Source of the DNA: Dehalococcoidia bacterium
Lineage (GTDB): Bacteria; Chloroflexota; Dehalococcoidia; UBA2979
Direction: 5' to 3'
Length of the DNA stretch: 64,000 nt
Assembly (NCBI GenBank): GCA_965220125.1
Contig: CBDCPB010000004.1
Span: forward strand, 1,670,227-1,734,226
The translations under genes were made by a program, and so were the position numbers. The number at the start of each line of letters is the position of its first letter. The stretch's first letter is position 1. The notes under the pieces were generated by a model. The model saw nothing but the letters and a program-made list of their open reading frames with translations. It was not told where the DNA came from and searched no databases. This document shows, piece after piece, positions 1 through 10,915 of this stretch.

Positions 1-480
1 GTGCGGCGGCGGCGCGGGCCTCGGCGGCGGCGCGGCGGCGGGTGCGAGCGCCCGTCCCGGCGCGCAACTGCGCCTCGTGCGGGTGGTCCGCACCGGCGTA
101 GACACGGAGGTGCCGGAACAACTCGCGGCCGAGGCGCGTGTGCGGCAGCATGCCGCGGATCGCACGCTCCAGCACCTTGCGCGGGTCGCGCTCCATCTGC
201 TCCTCGAAGGTGCGCTGGCGCAGGTTGCCCGGGTAGCCGGAGTGCCGGTAGTAGATCTTCTGCTGCGCCTTGTTGCCCGTCAGCACCACGCCGCCAGCGT
301 TGATCACGATCACGTGGTCGCCCATCGGCAGGTGCGGCTCGTAGTCGGGCTTGTGCTTGCCGAGCAGCAGCCGCGCGGCCTCGCTGGCGACGCGCCCGAG
401 GGGGCGTCCGTCCGCGTCGACCACTTGCCAGCGGCGGTCGAAGTCTTTGGCGCTCAAGCGGTAGGTCTTCGTCGTCACTT
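1..480 (-). CDS. rplM: 50S ribosomal protein L13, with the C-terminus running off the window start; the C-terminal region is Arg/Ala-rich
   Basis: Hand translation of the minus strand from a GTG at 480..478: VTTKTYRLSAKDFDRRWQVVDADGRPLGRVASEAARLLLGKHKPDYEPHLPMGDHVIVINAG... matches the L13 N-terminus. No stop codon before position 1. Absent from the ORF track because it is unterminated. Confidence 0.8.
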
Positions 481-1304
481 CAGGCCACCATTTCCTGCTC
501 CGCGCCGGCGTCCAGCTCCCAGTCGACCGCTCCCGCCGGGTAGCGGACGGCCTCGAGCGTCAGTCCCCGCGGCGGCGCGGCGGGTCCGACGCTGCACGCG
601 GGCGCATCGATGAGTGCGGCGAACTCCTGCGGCGTCAGCGCGCCTGCGCCGACGCGCTCGAGGGCTCCGACGGTGCGCCGCACCTGGTGCGGCAGGAAGG
701 CGTCGGCCTCCATCGAGACCTCGATCTGGTGGGGGCCGCGACGGCGGACGCCCATGCTGATCAGCGTGCGGACCGTGGAGACGCCCGCGTCCGGCGCGCC
801 CGCGAAGGCGGCCCAGTCGCGGAGTCCGCGCGGCAGTGCGGCGGCAGCCGCGGCCATCGCCGACACGTCGAGGTCGCCTCGACGCTGCCAGACATCGCGG
901 CGGCGCCGCGGCGAGCGCGTGCCGCCGTCGCGGATGCGGTAGCAGTAGCGGCGCGCGACGGCGTCGCGGCGCGGATCGAAGTCCCCCGTCACCTCGCAGA
1001 CGGCACGCACGGCGACATCGTCCGCGAGGTAGTGATTGAGCGCGTCGCGCACGGTCTCGAGGGAGTCCCGGCGGGGGCAGTCGATCACGGCCACCTGCGC
1101 GCGGGCGTGCACGCCCGCGTCGGTGCGTCCGGCGATGGCGATGCGCCGCCGTCCGCCCTCGGGCTCGCCGCAGTAGGCGGCGATGGCGTCCTCCAGCGTG
1201 TCCTGCACCGTGCGCTGCCCGCGCTGCGACTGCGAGCCGGAGAACTCCGTCCCGTCGTACTCGACAAGCAGCGCGATGCGTCGCGGGGTGGTTGGGGAGG
1301 ACAT
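480..1304 (-). CDS. truA: tRNA pseudouridine(38-40) synthase
   Basis: 274 aa with TruA motifs (LVEYDGTEFSGSQ, GRTDAGVHA). Sits between rplQ and rplM, as in the Firmicute/Actinobacterial arrangement. Confidence 0.85.
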   Translation of the reverse strand: MSSPTTPRRIALLVEYDGTEFSGSQSQRGQRTVQDTLEDAIAAYCGEPEGGRRRIAIAGRTDAGVHARAQVAVIDCPRRDSLETVRDALNHYLADDVAVRAVCEVTGDFDPRRDAVARRYCYRIRDGGTRSPRRRRDVWQRRGDLDVSAMAAAAAALPRGLRDWAAFAGAPDAGVSTVRTLISMGVRRRGPHQIEVSMEADAFLPHQVRRTVGALERVGAGALTPQEFAALIDAPACSVGPAAPPRGLTLEAVRYPAGAVDWELDAGAEQEMVA

Positions 1305-1309
1305 GCCGG

Positions 1310-1660
1310 CTAGACCAGTTCCAGTTCCGCCATCGCCGCGGCGTCGCCGCGACGGGGCCCCAGCTTGCGCACGCGCGTGTAGCCGCCGGGGCGGCTCGCG
1401 TACTGCGGCGCGATCTCGTCGAACAGGCGCGAGACCACCTTCGGGTCGTAGACGAAGGCGAGCGCCTGGCGGCGCGCGTGCAGCGTCCCGCGCTTGCCGA
1501 GCGTGACCATGCGGTCGACGAAGCGGCGCGCCTCCTTGGCGCGCGCCTCGGTGGTGGTCACGGAGCCGTGGCGGAGCACGTCCGTGGTGAGATTGCGCAG
1601 CATCGCCATCCGCTGCGCGGTCGGCATATCGAACTTGCGGCCATCGACTTTGTGACGCAT
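1310..1660 (-). CDS. rplQ: 50S ribosomal protein L17
   Basis: 116 aa; [10 protein letters not shown]...RQALAFVYD is the L17 signature; directly downstream of rpoA. Confidence 0.9.
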   Translation of the reverse strand: MRHKVDGRKFDMPTAQRMAMLRNLTTDVLRHGSVTTTEARAKEARRFVDRMVTLGKRGTLHARRQALAFVYDPKVVSRLFDEIAPQYASRPGGYTRVRKLGPRRGDAAAMAELELV

Positions 1661-2775
1661 CAGTGATCGCCCAGACCCGGCGTGTCCTCGCCGGCTTCGC
1701 GCAGCGCCTGGATCAGCGCCGCGCCCAGTGACCCGACCTCGTCGCCGTCGTCCTCGGCCGCTGCGGCAGGCGCCGCCTCGGCTGCGGCAGGCGCTGCCTC
1801 GGCGGCGGGCTCGGCGACGGCGACCGGCTGCCGCGAGCGCGGCGCATCGCCGCGCGGCGCCGGGAAGCCGTTCGCGACGAGCTTGTCGCGCAGCTCCTCG
1901 TACGACTTCTCGCCGAAGTTGCGCAGCGCGAGCAGCTCCTCCTCGGAGCGCTCGAGGATGGAGCCGATGGTGATCAGGCCGGAGCGCTTGAGGCAGTTGT
2001 AGGCGCGCACGGACAGTTCGAGCGTCTCGATCGGCGTGTCGTGGCCGTCGATCGGCTGTGCAGTGTCGCTGCTGCGTTCGGCGGCGGCCTCGACGCGGCC
2101 GAGTTGCTGCAGTTGCAGCAGCTGATCGCGGATGATGCCCGCCGCCATCGCGATCGCGGTCTGGCCGTCGACGGTGCCGTCCGTCCAGACCTCCAGCTCG
2201 AGGCGGTCGAAGTTCGTGTCCTGCCCGACGCGCGTGTTGGAGACCTGGTAGTTGACCCGCTTCACCGGGGTGAAGAGCGCATCGACGGGGATCACGCCGA
2301 TCGGCAGGCCCTCGCTGACGGTCGCGGGCATGTAGCCGCGGCCCGTCTCGACGTTGAGGTCGATCACGAGCGACCCCTCCGCGTGGCCGAGCGTCGCGAG
2401 GTGCAGATCGGCGTTGGCGATCTCGTAGTCCGCGGTGGCGCGGATGTCGCCCGCCTTCACCTCGACCTCGCCGCCGACATCGAGGAAGAGCCGGGCGGGC
2501 CGGTCGGCGAAGGCGCGGAGCCGCACATCCTTGAGGTTGAGCAGCAGCTCCGTGACGTCCTCCTGCATGTGCGGCACCGTCGAGAACTCGTGCTCGACTC
2601 CGTCGATGCGGACGGAGGTGATGGCCGCACCCGGAAGCGAGGAGAGCAGCACGCGACGAAGGGAGTTACCGATCGTCGTGCCGAAGCCTGCCTCGAGGGG
2701 CTCCATCACGAGCTTCGCGTAGTCCATCTCCGCCTCTTCAATGCGGAGCGTCGGGGTCTGCAGTTCAGCCGCCAA
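1660..2775 (-). CDS. rpoA: DNA-directed RNA polymerase alpha subunit, with an Ala/Glu/Pro-rich C-terminal extension
   Basis: 371 aa; alpha N-terminal domain motifs ([28 protein letters not shown]) and C-terminal domain motifs ([15 protein letters not shown]). Confidence 0.92.
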   Translation of the reverse strand: MAAELQTPTLRIEEAEMDYAKLVMEPLEAGFGTTIGNSLRRVLLSSLPGAAITSVRIDGVEHEFSTVPHMQEDVTELLLNLKDVRLRAFADRPARLFLDVGGEVEVKAGDIRATADYEIANADLHLATLGHAEGSLVIDLNVETGRGYMPATVSEGLPIGVIPVDALFTPVKRVNYQVSNTRVGQDTNFDRLELEVWTDGTVDGQTAIAMAAGIIRDQLLQLQQLGRVEAAAERSSDTAQPIDGHDTPIETLELSVRAYNCLKRSGLITIGSILERSEEELLALRNFGEKSYEELRDKLVANGFPAPRGDAPRSRQPVAVAEPAAEAAPAAAEAAPAAAAEDDGDEVGSLGAALIQALREAGEDTPGLGDH

Positions 2776-2825
2776 AAATCACCTCGCTGCGTGCTCGCCG
2801 GTAGAGCGGGCTGATTGTCACTTGC

Positions 2826-3434
2826 TCAGCGTGAGTAGTACTCAACGATGGCGCTCGGGTTGAAATGGGGCTCGTAGTCGCCGGCGCCGGGGAGCGCGAC
2901 GACACGGCCGGAGAACTGTTCGCGGTCGACTTCGAGCCAGCCGGGAACCTCGCGGGCCTGGATCTCCTCGCGCAGCACGTCGAGGTACTTCGCGCGCTTG
3001 CCCCGAGCGCTGAAGCTGATCGCGTCACCGATCGACGTCTCGGCGCTGGGGATGTCGAGCTTCTTGTCGTTGACGGCGACCAGGCCGTGCGTCACCAGCT
3101 GGCGCGCCTGTGCGCGCGTGCCCGCAAGTCCGAGGCGGTAGACGACGTTGTCGAGGCGTCGCTCCAGCGAGACCATCAGCTGGTCGCCGGTCACGCCCGG
3201 GTGCCGGACCGCGCGCTCGTAGTAGCGGCGGAACTGCTTCTCCATCAGGCCGTAGGCGTAGCGCACCTTCTGCTTCTCGTTGAGCTGGAGGCCGCGGTCG
3301 GAGACCTTGCGGCGGCGCAGCGGGCGCGGGCCGGGCGGGTTGGTGCGGCGCATGCGCAGCACGGCGGCGTTGGCGAAGATCGGGGCGCCGTAGCGGCGCG
3401 CCTTCTTCACGCGAGGTCCGGTGTATCGGGCCAT
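2826..3434 (-). CDS. rpsD: 30S ribosomal protein S4
   Basis: Internal ATG at 3434 gives MARYTGPRVKKARRYG..., the canonical S4 N-terminus. The track ORF runs 76 codons further upstream. Confidence 0.9.
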   Translation of the reverse strand: MARYTGPRVKKARRYGAPIFANAAVLRMRRTNPPGPRPLRRRKVSDRGLQLNEKQKVRYAYGLMEKQFRRYYERAVRHPGVTGDQLMVSLERRLDNVVYRLGLAGTRAQARQLVTHGLVAVNDKKLDIPSAETSIGDAISFSARGKRAKYLDVLREEIQAREVPGWLEVDREQFSGRVVALPGAGDYEPHFNPSAIVEYYSR

Positions 3435-3453
3435 CTGCTCGCTCTCCTCGCCG

Positions 3454-3837
3454 CTAGTTGCGCGGGCGGCGCCGCGCGCGGCAGCCGTTGTGCGGGATCG
3501 GGGTGACATCACGGATCGAGGAGACCCGCACGCCGCTGGCCTGCAGCGCGCGGACGGCTGCCTCGCGGCCCGCTCCCGGTCCGCGGATGTAGACGTCCAC
3601 CTCGCGCATGCCGTGCTCCACCGCCTTCGCGGCGGCGCCCTCGGCGGCGAGCTGCGCCGCATAAGGCGTGCTCTTGCGCGATCCGCGGAATCCGGCGGTG
3701 CCGCCGGACCCCCAGGCGATCACGTTGCCGTTCGGATCGGTCATCGTGATCAGCGTGTTGTTGAAGGTCGAGCGGATGTAGGCCCGGCCCCGCGGGACGG
3801 ACTTGCGCTCTCGACGCCGACCGCGTCGACCACCCAT
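3454..3837 (-). CDS. rpsK: 30S ribosomal protein S11
   Basis: 127 aa; ...[28 protein letters not shown]... is the S11 signature. Confidence 0.9.
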   Translation of the reverse strand: MGGRRGRRRERKSVPRGRAYIRSTFNNTLITMTDPNGNVIAWGSGGTAGFRGSRKSTPYAAQLAAEGAAAKAVEHGMREVDVYIRGPGAGREAAVRALQASGVRVSSIRDVTPIPHNGCRARRRPRN

Positions 3838-3852
3838 ATTCCCGGTGCTCCC

Positions 3853-4233
3853 TTACTTCCGCGCGACGCGGCGCTTGCCGGCGACGGTCCGCCGGGAGCC
3901 GCGGCGCGTGCGTGCGTTGGTCTTCGTGCGCTGCCCGCGCACGGGCAGCCCGCGGCGATGGCGATAGCCGCGGTAGCAGTTGATCTCGATCAGCCGCTGG
4001 ATGTTCTGGCGCACCTCGCGGCGCAGGTCACCCTCCACCGTGTGCTCGCCCTCGACGACGGCGCGCAGGCGCACGAGCTGCTCCTCCGACAGGTCGCGCA
4101 CCATCGCATCGCGGGGGATGCCGACCTGCTCCGCGATCTGGAGGGCCTTCGTGCGCCCGATGCCGTAGACGTACGGCAGCGAGAATTCGAAGCGCTTGTC
4201 GTTGGGAATCTCGACGCCTGCGACGCGTGCCAT
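3853..4233 (-). CDS. rpsM: 30S ribosomal protein S13
   Basis: 126 aa; [14 protein letters not shown]...[26 protein letters not shown]. Confidence 0.9.
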   Translation of the reverse strand: MARVAGVEIPNDKRFEFSLPYVYGIGRTKALQIAEQVGIPRDAMVRDLSEEQLVRLRAVVEGEHTVEGDLRREVRQNIQRLIEINCYRGYRHRRGLPVRGQRTKTNARTRRGSRRTVAGKRRVARK

Positions 4234-4243
4234 TCGCGTCCTC

Positions 4244-4357
4244 CTAGCCCTGGCGCTGGCGGTGCCGCGGAATCACGCAGATGACCCGCAGGCGGCCATG
4301 CCTGCGGATGATCTGGCAGCGGTCACAGCGCTTCTTCACCGACGCTCGTACCTTCAT
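4244..4357 (-). CDS. rpmJ: 50S ribosomal protein L36 (Cys/His zinc type)
   Basis: Hand-translated 37 aa: [37 protein letters not shown]. Below the size cut-off of the ORF track. Lies between rpsM and infA. Confidence 0.85.
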   Translation of the reverse strand: MKVRASVKKRCDRCQIIRRHGRLRVICVIPRHRQRQG

Positions 4358-4386
4358 CGTTCGCTCCTCGGACGGCCGCCTCCGCG

Positions 4387-4653
4387 CTAGCGGAAGCGGT
4401 ACGTGATCCGTCCCCGGGTGAGGTCGTAGGGGCTCAACTCCACGAGCACGCGGTCTCCGAGCAGGATGCGAATGTAGTGCATCTTCATCCGCCCCGAGAC
4501 GTGCGCGAGCACGTGGTGCCCGTTTGCCAGCTCAACATCGAACTGGGCGTTGGGGAGCGCGTCCTTGACGACGCCCTCGACCTCGATGACCTCCTTCTTC
4601 TTGCGCTGTGGCGCCTGGCGTTGAGACCGCTGGTTCTGGCGTCCCTTCGCCAT
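4387..4653 (-). CDS. infA: Translation initiation factor IF-1 with a basic N-terminal extension of about 15 aa
   Basis: 88 aa; the core ...[51 protein letters not shown] matches IF-1. Start codon overlaps the map stop (ATGA). Confidence 0.88.
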   Translation of the reverse strand: MAKGRQNQRSQRQAPQRKKKEVIEVEGVVKDALPNAQFDVELANGHHVLAHVSGRMKMHYIRILLGDRVLVELSPYDLTRGRITYRFR

Positions 4654-5474
4654 CAGGCAGCGCCCCTGGCCGGGACCGCCGCTGCGTCATCGCGCGCTTC
4701 GTCCGGGCGGCCCATGCTGGTGAGGATCTCCGGCGCACCGTCGGTGACCGCGATGGTCTCCTCGAAATGGGCGCACAGGCTGCCATCACGCATGCGCACG
4801 GTCCAGCCGTCCGCTTCCTCTTCCGTGTGCTCGGCCCCGAGGCTGAACATCGGCTCCAGGGCCAGCACCATGCCCGGCTTCAGCATGTGGCCCACGCCGG
4901 GCCGGCCGTAGTTCGGGATGTGCGGCTCCTCGTGCATGCGCCTGCCGACGCCGTGGCCTCCGTAGTCGCGAATGATGCCGTAGCCCTCCTCGCGTCCGAC
5001 GGCCCCGATCGCGCTCGACAGATCGCCGATGCGCTTCCCGGCCAACGCCTGCTCGACCCCGGCGTGGACGGCGGCCTCGGTCCGTTCGAGCAGCCTCCGC
5101 ACCTTCGGCGAGGTGTCGCCGACGGCGGCCGTGAAGGCCGCATCGGAGACATAGCCGCGCCAGGTCACTCCCAGGTCGATGCTGACGATGTCGCCCTCCC
5201 GCAGCGCCCGGTCGCCCGGTATCCCGTGCACCAGTTGCGCGTTCACCGAGTAGCAGATCGCGCCGGGGTAGGGAGGCCGCCCGCCTGGACCGTAGCCGAC
5301 GAAGGTGGGCGTCGCGCCTCGACGCGCGATCTCCGCCTTCGCCAGCTCGTCCAGCTCACGGCCCGTTACGCCCGGAGCGATCGCGTCGAGGAGGAGCTTG
5401 CGCACCTCCGCGTTCAGCCTTCCGGCCTCGCGCATGATCGCGATCTCGTCCGGCGACTTTATGACGACGGACAT
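4653..5474 (-). CDS. map: Methionine aminopeptidase type I
   Basis: 273 aa; metal-binding region motifs ([21 protein letters not shown]-like). Confidence 0.88.
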   Translation of the reverse strand: MSVVIKSPDEIAIMREAGRLNAEVRKLLLDAIAPGVTGRELDELAKAEIARRGATPTFVGYGPGGRPPYPGAICYSVNAQLVHGIPGDRALREGDIVSIDLGVTWRGYVSDAAFTAAVGDTSPKVRRLLERTEAAVHAGVEQALAGKRIGDLSSAIGAVGREEGYGIIRDYGGHGVGRRMHEEPHIPNYGRPGVGHMLKPGMVLALEPMFSLGAEHTEEEADGWTVRMRDGSLCAHFEETIAVTDGAPEILTSMGRPDEARDDAAAVPARGAA

Positions 5475-5526
5475 CGATCTATGTTACGCCCTCTCCGCCG
5501 GGCCCGGTACCTGCCGGACCCCGTGC

Positions 5527-6102
5527 CTACGCAGCGGCTACCCGCTGCAACTCCACATCGAGCCGCTCGTACACCTCGTCCACGCTGCCGACGCCGTCGA
5601 CATCGCAGAGCGCACCGCGATCGCCGTAGAAGCAGGCGACGCCCTCGAGGCCCTCCGCCTGCTCCCGCAGGCGGCGCTGGGCGACCTCCGGCGCGTCGTC
5701 CGCTCGCCCCTCGATCTCCGCGCGCCTGGCGATGCGCTCCAGCAGCAGCTCCTCCGGCACACGGATGAAGGGCACGGTGTCGATGCCCTGCGACTGCGCC
5801 TCGAGGGCGGTCTGCAGCGCCTCGGCCTGACCGACGGTGCGGGGGAAGCCGTCGAGGATGAACCCCGCCGCGGCGTCCGGCTTGGCGATCCGTTCGAGCA
5901 GCATGCCGATCACCAGCTCGTCGGGGACCAGCTCGCCGCGTGACATGTAGTCGTTGGCCTGCGATCCGAGCGCCGTGCCCTGCGCGACGGCGTCGCGCAG
6001 CATGTCGCCGGTCGAGACGTGGAGCAGGCCGCGCCGCTCCGCGACGAGCTTCGCCTGCGTGCCTTTGCCGGCGCCGATCAGTCCCAGCAGCACCATCTTC
6101 AT
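5527..6102 (-). CDS. adk: Adenylate kinase
   Basis: 191 aa; MKMVLLGLIGAGKGTQA P-loop and the NMP-binding region. Confidence 0.9.
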   Translation of the reverse strand: MKMVLLGLIGAGKGTQAKLVAERRGLLHVSTGDMLRDAVAQGTALGSQANDYMSRGELVPDELVIGMLLERIAKPDAAAGFILDGFPRTVGQAEALQTALEAQSQGIDTVPFIRVPEELLLERIARRAEIEGRADDAPEVAQRRLREQAEGLEGVACFYGDRGALCDVDGVGSVDEVYERLDVELQRVAAA

Positions 6103-6142
6103 CGCAGCGCCACCCGCATCGTCTCCCTCGCGATCGCGAACC

Positions 6143-7480
6143 TCACGAGATGAACCCCTCGTAGTTGCGCATCAGCATCTGCGCCTCGAGTTGCCGCATC
6201 GTATCGATCACGACGCCGACCACGATCAGCAGGCCGGCGGCGCTGATCTGCAGCGCCTGCACGTCCGTGAGTGCCGTGGCGAAGAACGGGAGCACGGAGA
6301 TAAAGCCGAGGAAGAGCGCGCCTCCCCAGGTGATCCGCACCAGCACCCGCGTGATGTACTCCTGCGTCGGCCGTCCCGGCCGGATGCCGGGGATGAAGCC
6401 GCCCTGGCGTTGCAGGTTCTCGGCCAGGTTCTGCTGCTGGAACTGCACCATCGTGTAGAAGAACGTGAACATCACCACCAGCACGAAGACGAAGATCCAG
6501 TACGGGAGATTCGCCGGGGTCAGCGCGTTCTCGAAGAAGCGCGCGACGGTGCTGATCCAGCCGACGTCCGACATCTCCGCGAGGAACTGCGCCGCCACGG
6601 GCGGGAAGATCATGATCGAGAAGGCGAAGATCAGCGGGATCATCCCGGCGCTGTTGACGCGCAGCGGGATATGCGTCTGGCCCTGCTGGCGATACATCCG
6701 CCCGCCCCGGATCGTGGAGCGCGCGTACTGCACGGGGATGCGCCGCTGCGCCTCCTGGAAGAGCACGATCATCGCGATCACGGCGATCGTGATCACCGTC
6801 AGCAGGAAGATGCCGCCCGTCAGCGCGGCCGTCCCGGAGAGCGTGCTGCGGCCGACGATGCCGGGCAGTCCGGCGACGATGCCGCCGAAGATGATCAGCG
6901 AGATGCCGTTGCCGATGCCCTCTTCCGAGATCAGCTCGCCGAGCCAGACGAGGAACATCGTGCCGCCCACCATCGAGACGATCGTCGCGACAGTCGGGAG
7001 CGCGTTGCCTCCGCTCAGCCCAATGTCCTGGATCCCCCCGAACTGCTGGATCAGCAGCAGCTGCGCGTAGCCCTGGAAGAAGGCGAGCGGCACCGTCATC
7101 CAGTGCGTGTAGACCTGGATCTTCTGGCGCCCGGCTTCGCCCTCGCGGGAGAGCGCCTGCAGGCGCGGCACCAGCGGCACGGCGAGCTGCATCACGATCG
7201 AGGCGGTGATGTAGGGGTAGACGCCGAGCGCGGCGACGGAGAGGTTCTCCAGCGCGCCGCCGGAGAAGATATTGAGGAATCCGAGGATCGCGTTGTTGTC
7301 GAAGACGTCCTGCAGCCGGTCCGAGTTGACGCCCGGCACGGGCACGTGCGCGACGAAGCGGAAGACGAGCAGCATCGCGAGCGTGAAGAGAATCTTCTGC
7401 CGTACGTCGGGCTGCTTGAACGCATCGACGGCGGCCTGGAGCAGCCGCGGACGGGCCGACGGCGTCTCCTGCTGACTCAC
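6143..7480 (-). CDS. secY: Preprotein translocase subunit SecY
   Basis: 445 aa; multiple TM helices, SecY motifs, positioned between rplO and adk. Confidence 0.92.
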   Translation of the reverse strand: MSQQETPSARPRLLQAAVDAFKQPDVRQKILFTLAMLLVFRFVAHVPVPGVNSDRLQDVFDNNAILGFLNIFSGGALENLSVAALGVYPYITASIVMQLAVPLVPRLQALSREGEAGRQKIQVYTHWMTVPLAFFQGYAQLLLIQQFGGIQDIGLSGGNALPTVATIVSMVGGTMFLVWLGELISEEGIGNGISLIIFGGIVAGLPGIVGRSTLSGTAALTGGIFLLTVITIAVIAMIVLFQEAQRRIPVQYARSTIRGGRMYRQQGQTHIPLRVNSAGMIPLIFAFSIMIFPPVAAQFLAEMSDVGWISTVARFFENALTPANLPYWIFVFVLVVMFTFFYTMVQFQQQNLAENLQRQGGFIPGIRPGRPTQEYITRVLVRITWGGALFLGFISVLPFFATALTDVQALQISAAGLLIVVGVVIDTMRQLEAQMLMRNYEGFIS

Positions 7481-7981
7481 CTAGCTGGTCTCCCCGCGGC
7501 GGTGGATACGGTTGCGGACGCGCTTCACGGCGGGCGCCAGCTCCTCGAAGCTGCCGCCGGCGGCGCTGATCGCCTCCTTGGCGGCGGCGGAGAGGCGCGG
7601 TGCGCGCACCGTCAGCGCGTGGCCGAGTTCGCCGTCGGCGAGCACCTTGAAGGGCTCATCCGGGCCGTCGATCAGCCGCACGGCCGCGAGCGCCTCGGCG
7701 TCGACCTCGGCGCCCGGCTCGAAGCGGGCGGCGATGTCGCGCAGGTTCACGGCCTGGAACTCGACGCGCGAGAAGTTGCGGAAGCCCGGCTTGCGGGCGA
7801 GGCGGCGGATCAGCGGGATCTGGCCGCCCTCGAAACCGGGGCGGACCTTGCCGCCGGAGCGCGATTTCTGCCCCTTGAGCCCGCGCCCGGAGTACGTGCC
7901 CTTGCCGGACGCGTTGCCGCGCCCACGCCGCAGGCGCGATCGCTTCGCGCCCTTCGGCGGCTGCAGCTGGTGCTGATCCAC
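7481..7981 (-). CDS. rplO: 50S ribosomal protein L15, with a C-terminal extension
   Basis: 166 aa; Gly/Arg/Lys-rich N-terminal part typical of L15 (GKGTYSGRGLKGQKSRSGG). Confidence 0.85.
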   Translation of the reverse strand: MDQHQLQPPKGAKRSRLRRGRGNASGKGTYSGRGLKGQKSRSGGKVRPGFEGGQIPLIRRLARKPGFRNFSRVEFQAVNLRDIAARFEPGAEVDAEALAAVRLIDGPDEPFKVLADGELGHALTVRAPRLSAAAKEAISAAGGSFEELAPAVKRVRNRIHRRGETS

Positions 7982-8164
7982 CTACTCGACCTCCTCGACC
8001 GTCACGAGGTGCCGGACCTTGTGCGCCATGCCCCGGATCGTGGGCGAGTCGTCGTGCTCAACGCTGTGGCGCAGGCGCTTCAGCCCGAGCGCCTTGATCG
8101 TCCTCTTCTGGCGTTCGGCGTAGCCGATCGCCGACTTCGTCCAGGTGATGCGCAGCTTCGTCAC
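7982..8164 (-). CDS. rpmD: 50S ribosomal protein L30
   Basis: 60 aa; [28 protein letters not shown]. Confidence 0.85.
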   Translation of the reverse strand: MTKLRITWTKSAIGYAERQKRTIKALGLKRLRHSVEHDDSPTIRGMAHKVRHLVTVEEVE

Positions 8165-8739
8165 GAACCCGCCCCCACCAGCGCGCGGCGCGCCGAGACG
8201 ACGGCGCCCGGATGGCGCAGCGCGACCAGCCCTTCGACGGTCGCGCGCACGAGGTTGACGGGGTTGTTGGAGCCGAGCGACTTCGTAAGCACGTCGGTCA
8301 CGCCGGCCGCCTCGAGGACGGCGCGCACGCCGCCGCCGGCGATGATGCCGGTCCCGGGCGCGGCCGGGCGCATCACGACCCTGGAGGCCTTGAAGCGCGC
8401 GATCGTCTCGTGGGCGATCGTGCCCTGGCTGAGTGCGATCGAGGTCATCGAGCGGCGCGCGATCACTCCGCCCTTGCGGATCGCCTCGGGCACTTCGTTG
8501 GCGCGGCCCATGCCGAAGCCGACGCGGCCCTGGCCGTCGCCGACGACGACGATGGCGGTGAAGGAGAAGCGCCGCCCGCCCTTGACGACCTTGGCGACGC
8601 GGTTGATGTGCACGACCTTCTCGATGTAGTCGGGGCCCTCGGGCTCGCTGTCGCGGCGGCGGTCGCGCCGTCCGCGGTCGCCGCGCGGCCCGCGCCCGCC
8701 GCGGCCTCCGCGTCCGCCCCCTTGTTGCTGCTGGACCAT
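8161..8739 (-). CDS. rpsE: 30S ribosomal protein S5, with a Gly/Arg-rich N-terminus
   Basis: 192 aa; S5 dsRBD and C-terminal motifs ([28 protein letters not shown]). Confidence 0.9.
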   Translation of the reverse strand: MVQQQQGGGRGGRGGRGPRGDRGRRDRRRDSEPEGPDYIEKVVHINRVAKVVKGGRRFSFTAIVVVGDGQGRVGFGMGRANEVPEAIRKGGVIARRSMTSIALSQGTIAHETIARFKASRVVMRPAAPGTGIIAGGGVRAVLEAAGVTDVLTKSLGSNNPVNLVRATVEGLVALRHPGAVVSARRALVGAGS

Positions 8740-9107
8740 CAGAAGACCAGGCCTTCCTCGCGCGCGGCCTCGGCCAGTGCGCGCACCCGTCCCTTGTAGG
8801 AGAATCCGCCGCGGTCGAAGACCACGGCCTCGTGCCCGGCCTCGCGGGCGCGCTTCGCGACCAGCTCGCCGACGGCGCGGGCGCGCTCGACCTTGGTCTC
8901 GCCGGCGCCGTCGCGCAGCGACGGCTCGAGGTCAGAGGCCTGCGCCAGCGTGCGCCCGGCCTCGTCGTCGATCAGCTGCGCGTAGATGTGGCGCGCGGAG
9001 CGGAAGACGCAGAGCCGCGGCCGCTCGGCCACGCCCTGGACGCGCTTGCGCAGGCGCCGGTGGCGGCGCAGGCGTGCGGCTCGCCGTGTCTGTTGCTCGC
9101 TGCCCAT
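8739..9107 (-). CDS. rplR: 50S ribosomal protein L18
   Basis: 122 aa; [18 protein letters not shown]...[12 protein letters not shown]. Confidence 0.9.
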   Translation of the reverse strand: MGSEQQTRRAARLRRHRRLRKRVQGVAERPRLCVFRSARHIYAQLIDDEAGRTLAQASDLEPSLRDGAGETKVERARAVGELVAKRAREAGHEAVVFDRGGFSYKGRVRALAEAAREEGLVF

Positions 9108-9129
9108 CGCGCTGCTTCCCCGCCTCGTC

Positions 9130-9663
9130 CTAGGTTCGCTTGCCGGCCTTGCGGCGCACCTGCTCGCCGCGGTAGCGGATGCCCTTGCCCTGGTAGGGCT
9201 CGGGCGGGCGCACGCGGCGCACGAGCGCGGCCTGCTGGCCGACGATCTGCTTGTCGATGCCGTCGATGTGCACCACGGTCGGCGTCTCCAGCTCGAAGGC
9301 GGCGCCCTCGATCGGGTCCAGCTGGACCTGGTGCGAGAAGCCGACGCTGAGCACCAGCGAGTCTCCGCGCTTCTCGGCGCGGTAGCCGGTGCCGTGGATC
9401 TCGAGGGTCTTGCGGAAGCCCTCGGTCACGCCGACGACCATGTTGTGGATCAGGGAGCGGGTCAGCCCGTGCAGCGCGCGGTGCGTGGGCGCGTCCGAGG
9501 GGCGGTGCACGGTCAGCACGCCGTCCTCGATGCGCACCTCCATCTCCGTGCGCAGATCCTGGCCGAGATCGCCCTTCGGGCCGCGCACGAGGCAGCGGCC
9601 TCCGTCGAGGCTGACCTCGACGCCATCGGGAATCTGCACGGGCGCCTTGCCGACGCGGGACAT
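9130..9663 (-). CDS. rplF: 50S ribosomal protein L6
   Basis: 177 aa; [17 protein letters not shown]...GYRAEKRG. Confidence 0.9.
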   Translation of the reverse strand: MSRVGKAPVQIPDGVEVSLDGGRCLVRGPKGDLGQDLRTEMEVRIEDGVLTVHRPSDAPTHRALHGLTRSLIHNMVVGVTEGFRKTLEIHGTGYRAEKRGDSLVLSVGFSHQVQLDPIEGAAFELETPTVVHIDGIDKQIVGQQAALVRRVRPPEPYQGKGIRYRGEQVRRKAGKRT

Positions 9664-9688
9664 CTCGTTGCTCCTCGTTTGTTCGCCG

Positions 9689-10087
9689 CTACCAGACGTA
9701 GCAGAGCACTTCGCCGCCGACGTTGCGCCGCCAGGCTTCCTGGCCGGTCATCACGCCGCTGGAGGTGCTCATGATCGCCACGCCGAGCCCGCCGTAGACA
9801 CGCGGGATCTCGCGCTTGTTCACGTAGACGCGCAGCCCCGGCCGCGAGACGCGGCGGATGCCGCCGATCGCGGACTGCTGTTCGCTCACGTAGTTCAGCC
9901 GCAGCCGCAGATAGCTGCGGCTGCCGTCCTGTTCCTCCGCGTAGCCCGCGATGAAGCCCTCGGACTGGAGCACGTCGGCGATCGCGCGCTTCACCTTGGA
10001 GGCGGGAACGCGCACGCTCTCGTGCTTCGCCATCACGGCATTGCGGATCCGGGTGCACATGTCGGCGAGCGGATCGGACATGCTCAT
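9689..10087 (-). CDS. rpsH: 30S ribosomal protein S8
   Basis: 132 aa; MSMSDPLADMCTRIRNA...GGEVLCYVW. Confidence 0.9.
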   Translation of the reverse strand: MSMSDPLADMCTRIRNAVMAKHESVRVPASKVKRAIADVLQSEGFIAGYAEEQDGSRSYLRLRLNYVSEQQSAIGGIRRVSRPGLRVYVNKREIPRVYGGLGVAIMSTSSGVMTGQEAWRRNVGGEVLCYVW

Positions 10088-10127
10088 GCGCTCGTGCTCC
10101 CTCCCTCTTGTTGTCCCGGCGTCCCCG

Positions 10128-10331
10128 CTACCACGATGACTTGCGGACGCCGGGGAGCTTCCCCTGGTTGGCGAGCGTACGGAAACAGATGCGGCACATC
10201 TGGAAGCGGCGCAGGTAGCCGCGCGCGCGCCCGCACGGCCGCGCGCGCCACACCACGGGGCAGCGGTTCACCTTCCGCGATGAGTACTTCGGCTTGCGCT
10301 CGGCCTGTGCGATCAGCGATTTACGCGCCAT
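10128..10331 (-). CDS. rpsZ: 30S ribosomal protein S14, zinc-binding type Z
   Basis: Short form of 67 aa carrying Cys residues (..RCP..C....CRICF..) and ending GVRKSSW. Confidence 0.85.
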   Translation of the reverse strand: MARKSLIAQAERKPKYSSRKVNRCPVVWRARPCGRARGYLRRFQMCRICFRTLANQGKLPGVRKSSW

Positions 10332-10348
10332 GGCTCCGTCCTCGCCGC

Positions 10349-10915
10349 CTACGTCCGCCGGAACGGCATGCCCAGCAGTTCGAGCAGCCGCTTGCCTTCT
10401 TCATCGTTGCGGGCGCTGGTGATGATGTTGACCTGCATCCCGCGCACGCGATCGACGCTGTCGTAGTTGATCTCCGGAAAGATCATCTGCTCGCGGATGC
10501 CGAGCGCGAAGTTGCCCCGGCCGTCGAAGGAGTGGTCCGGCACGCCCCGGAAGTCGCGCACCCGCGGCAGCGCGATGTTCACGAGGCGGTCGTAGAACTC
10601 CCACATGCGCACGCCGCGCAGCGTCAACTTGAGACCAATCGGGTTGCCGGCCCGCAGCCGGAAGTTGGAGATCGCCCGCTTCGCCCTCGTCACCACCGGC
10701 TGCTGGCCGGTGATCGCCTTCAGGTCCGCCGTGGCCGTCTCGATGGCGCGGGCGTTATCGAGGGCCTCGCCGAGGCCGATGTTGACGTTGATCTTCTCCA
10801 GCGTCGGCGCCTGCATCGGGTTGCCGTAGCCGAACTCGCGCATCAGCGCGTCGTGAATCTCCTGCTGGTAGCGCGCCCGCAGGCGCGGGGTGTAGCCGTT
10901 CGTTTGTTCGTTCAT
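10349..10915 (-). CDS. rplE: 50S ribosomal protein L5
   Basis: 188 aa; L5 motifs ([30 protein letters not shown]). Confidence 0.9.
   Translation of the reverse strand: MNEQTNGYTPRLRARYQQEIHDALMREFGYGNPMQAPTLEKINVNIGLGEALDNARAIETATADLKAITGQQPVVTRAKRAISNFRLRAGNPIGLKLTLRGVRMWEFYDRLVNIALPRVRDFRGVPDHSFDGRGNFALGIREQMIFPEINYDSVDRVRGMQVNIITSARNDEEGKRLLELLGMPFRRT

Noticed and set aside
5954-8629. 891-aa plus-strand ORF (and many other long plus-strand ORFs: 18046..21141, 32033..34747, 43369..45600, 27626..29704, 9389..10948, 14696..16246, 53878..55737, 29608..32199)
   Set aside because: They lie antisense to well-supported minus-strand genes (secY/r-proteins, tuf/fusA, glyA, purL, hom and others). 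Their translations are Arg/Ala/Gly/Pro/His-rich low-complexity with no recognisable motifs. Long antisense ORFs are expected at this GC content because stop codons are rare.
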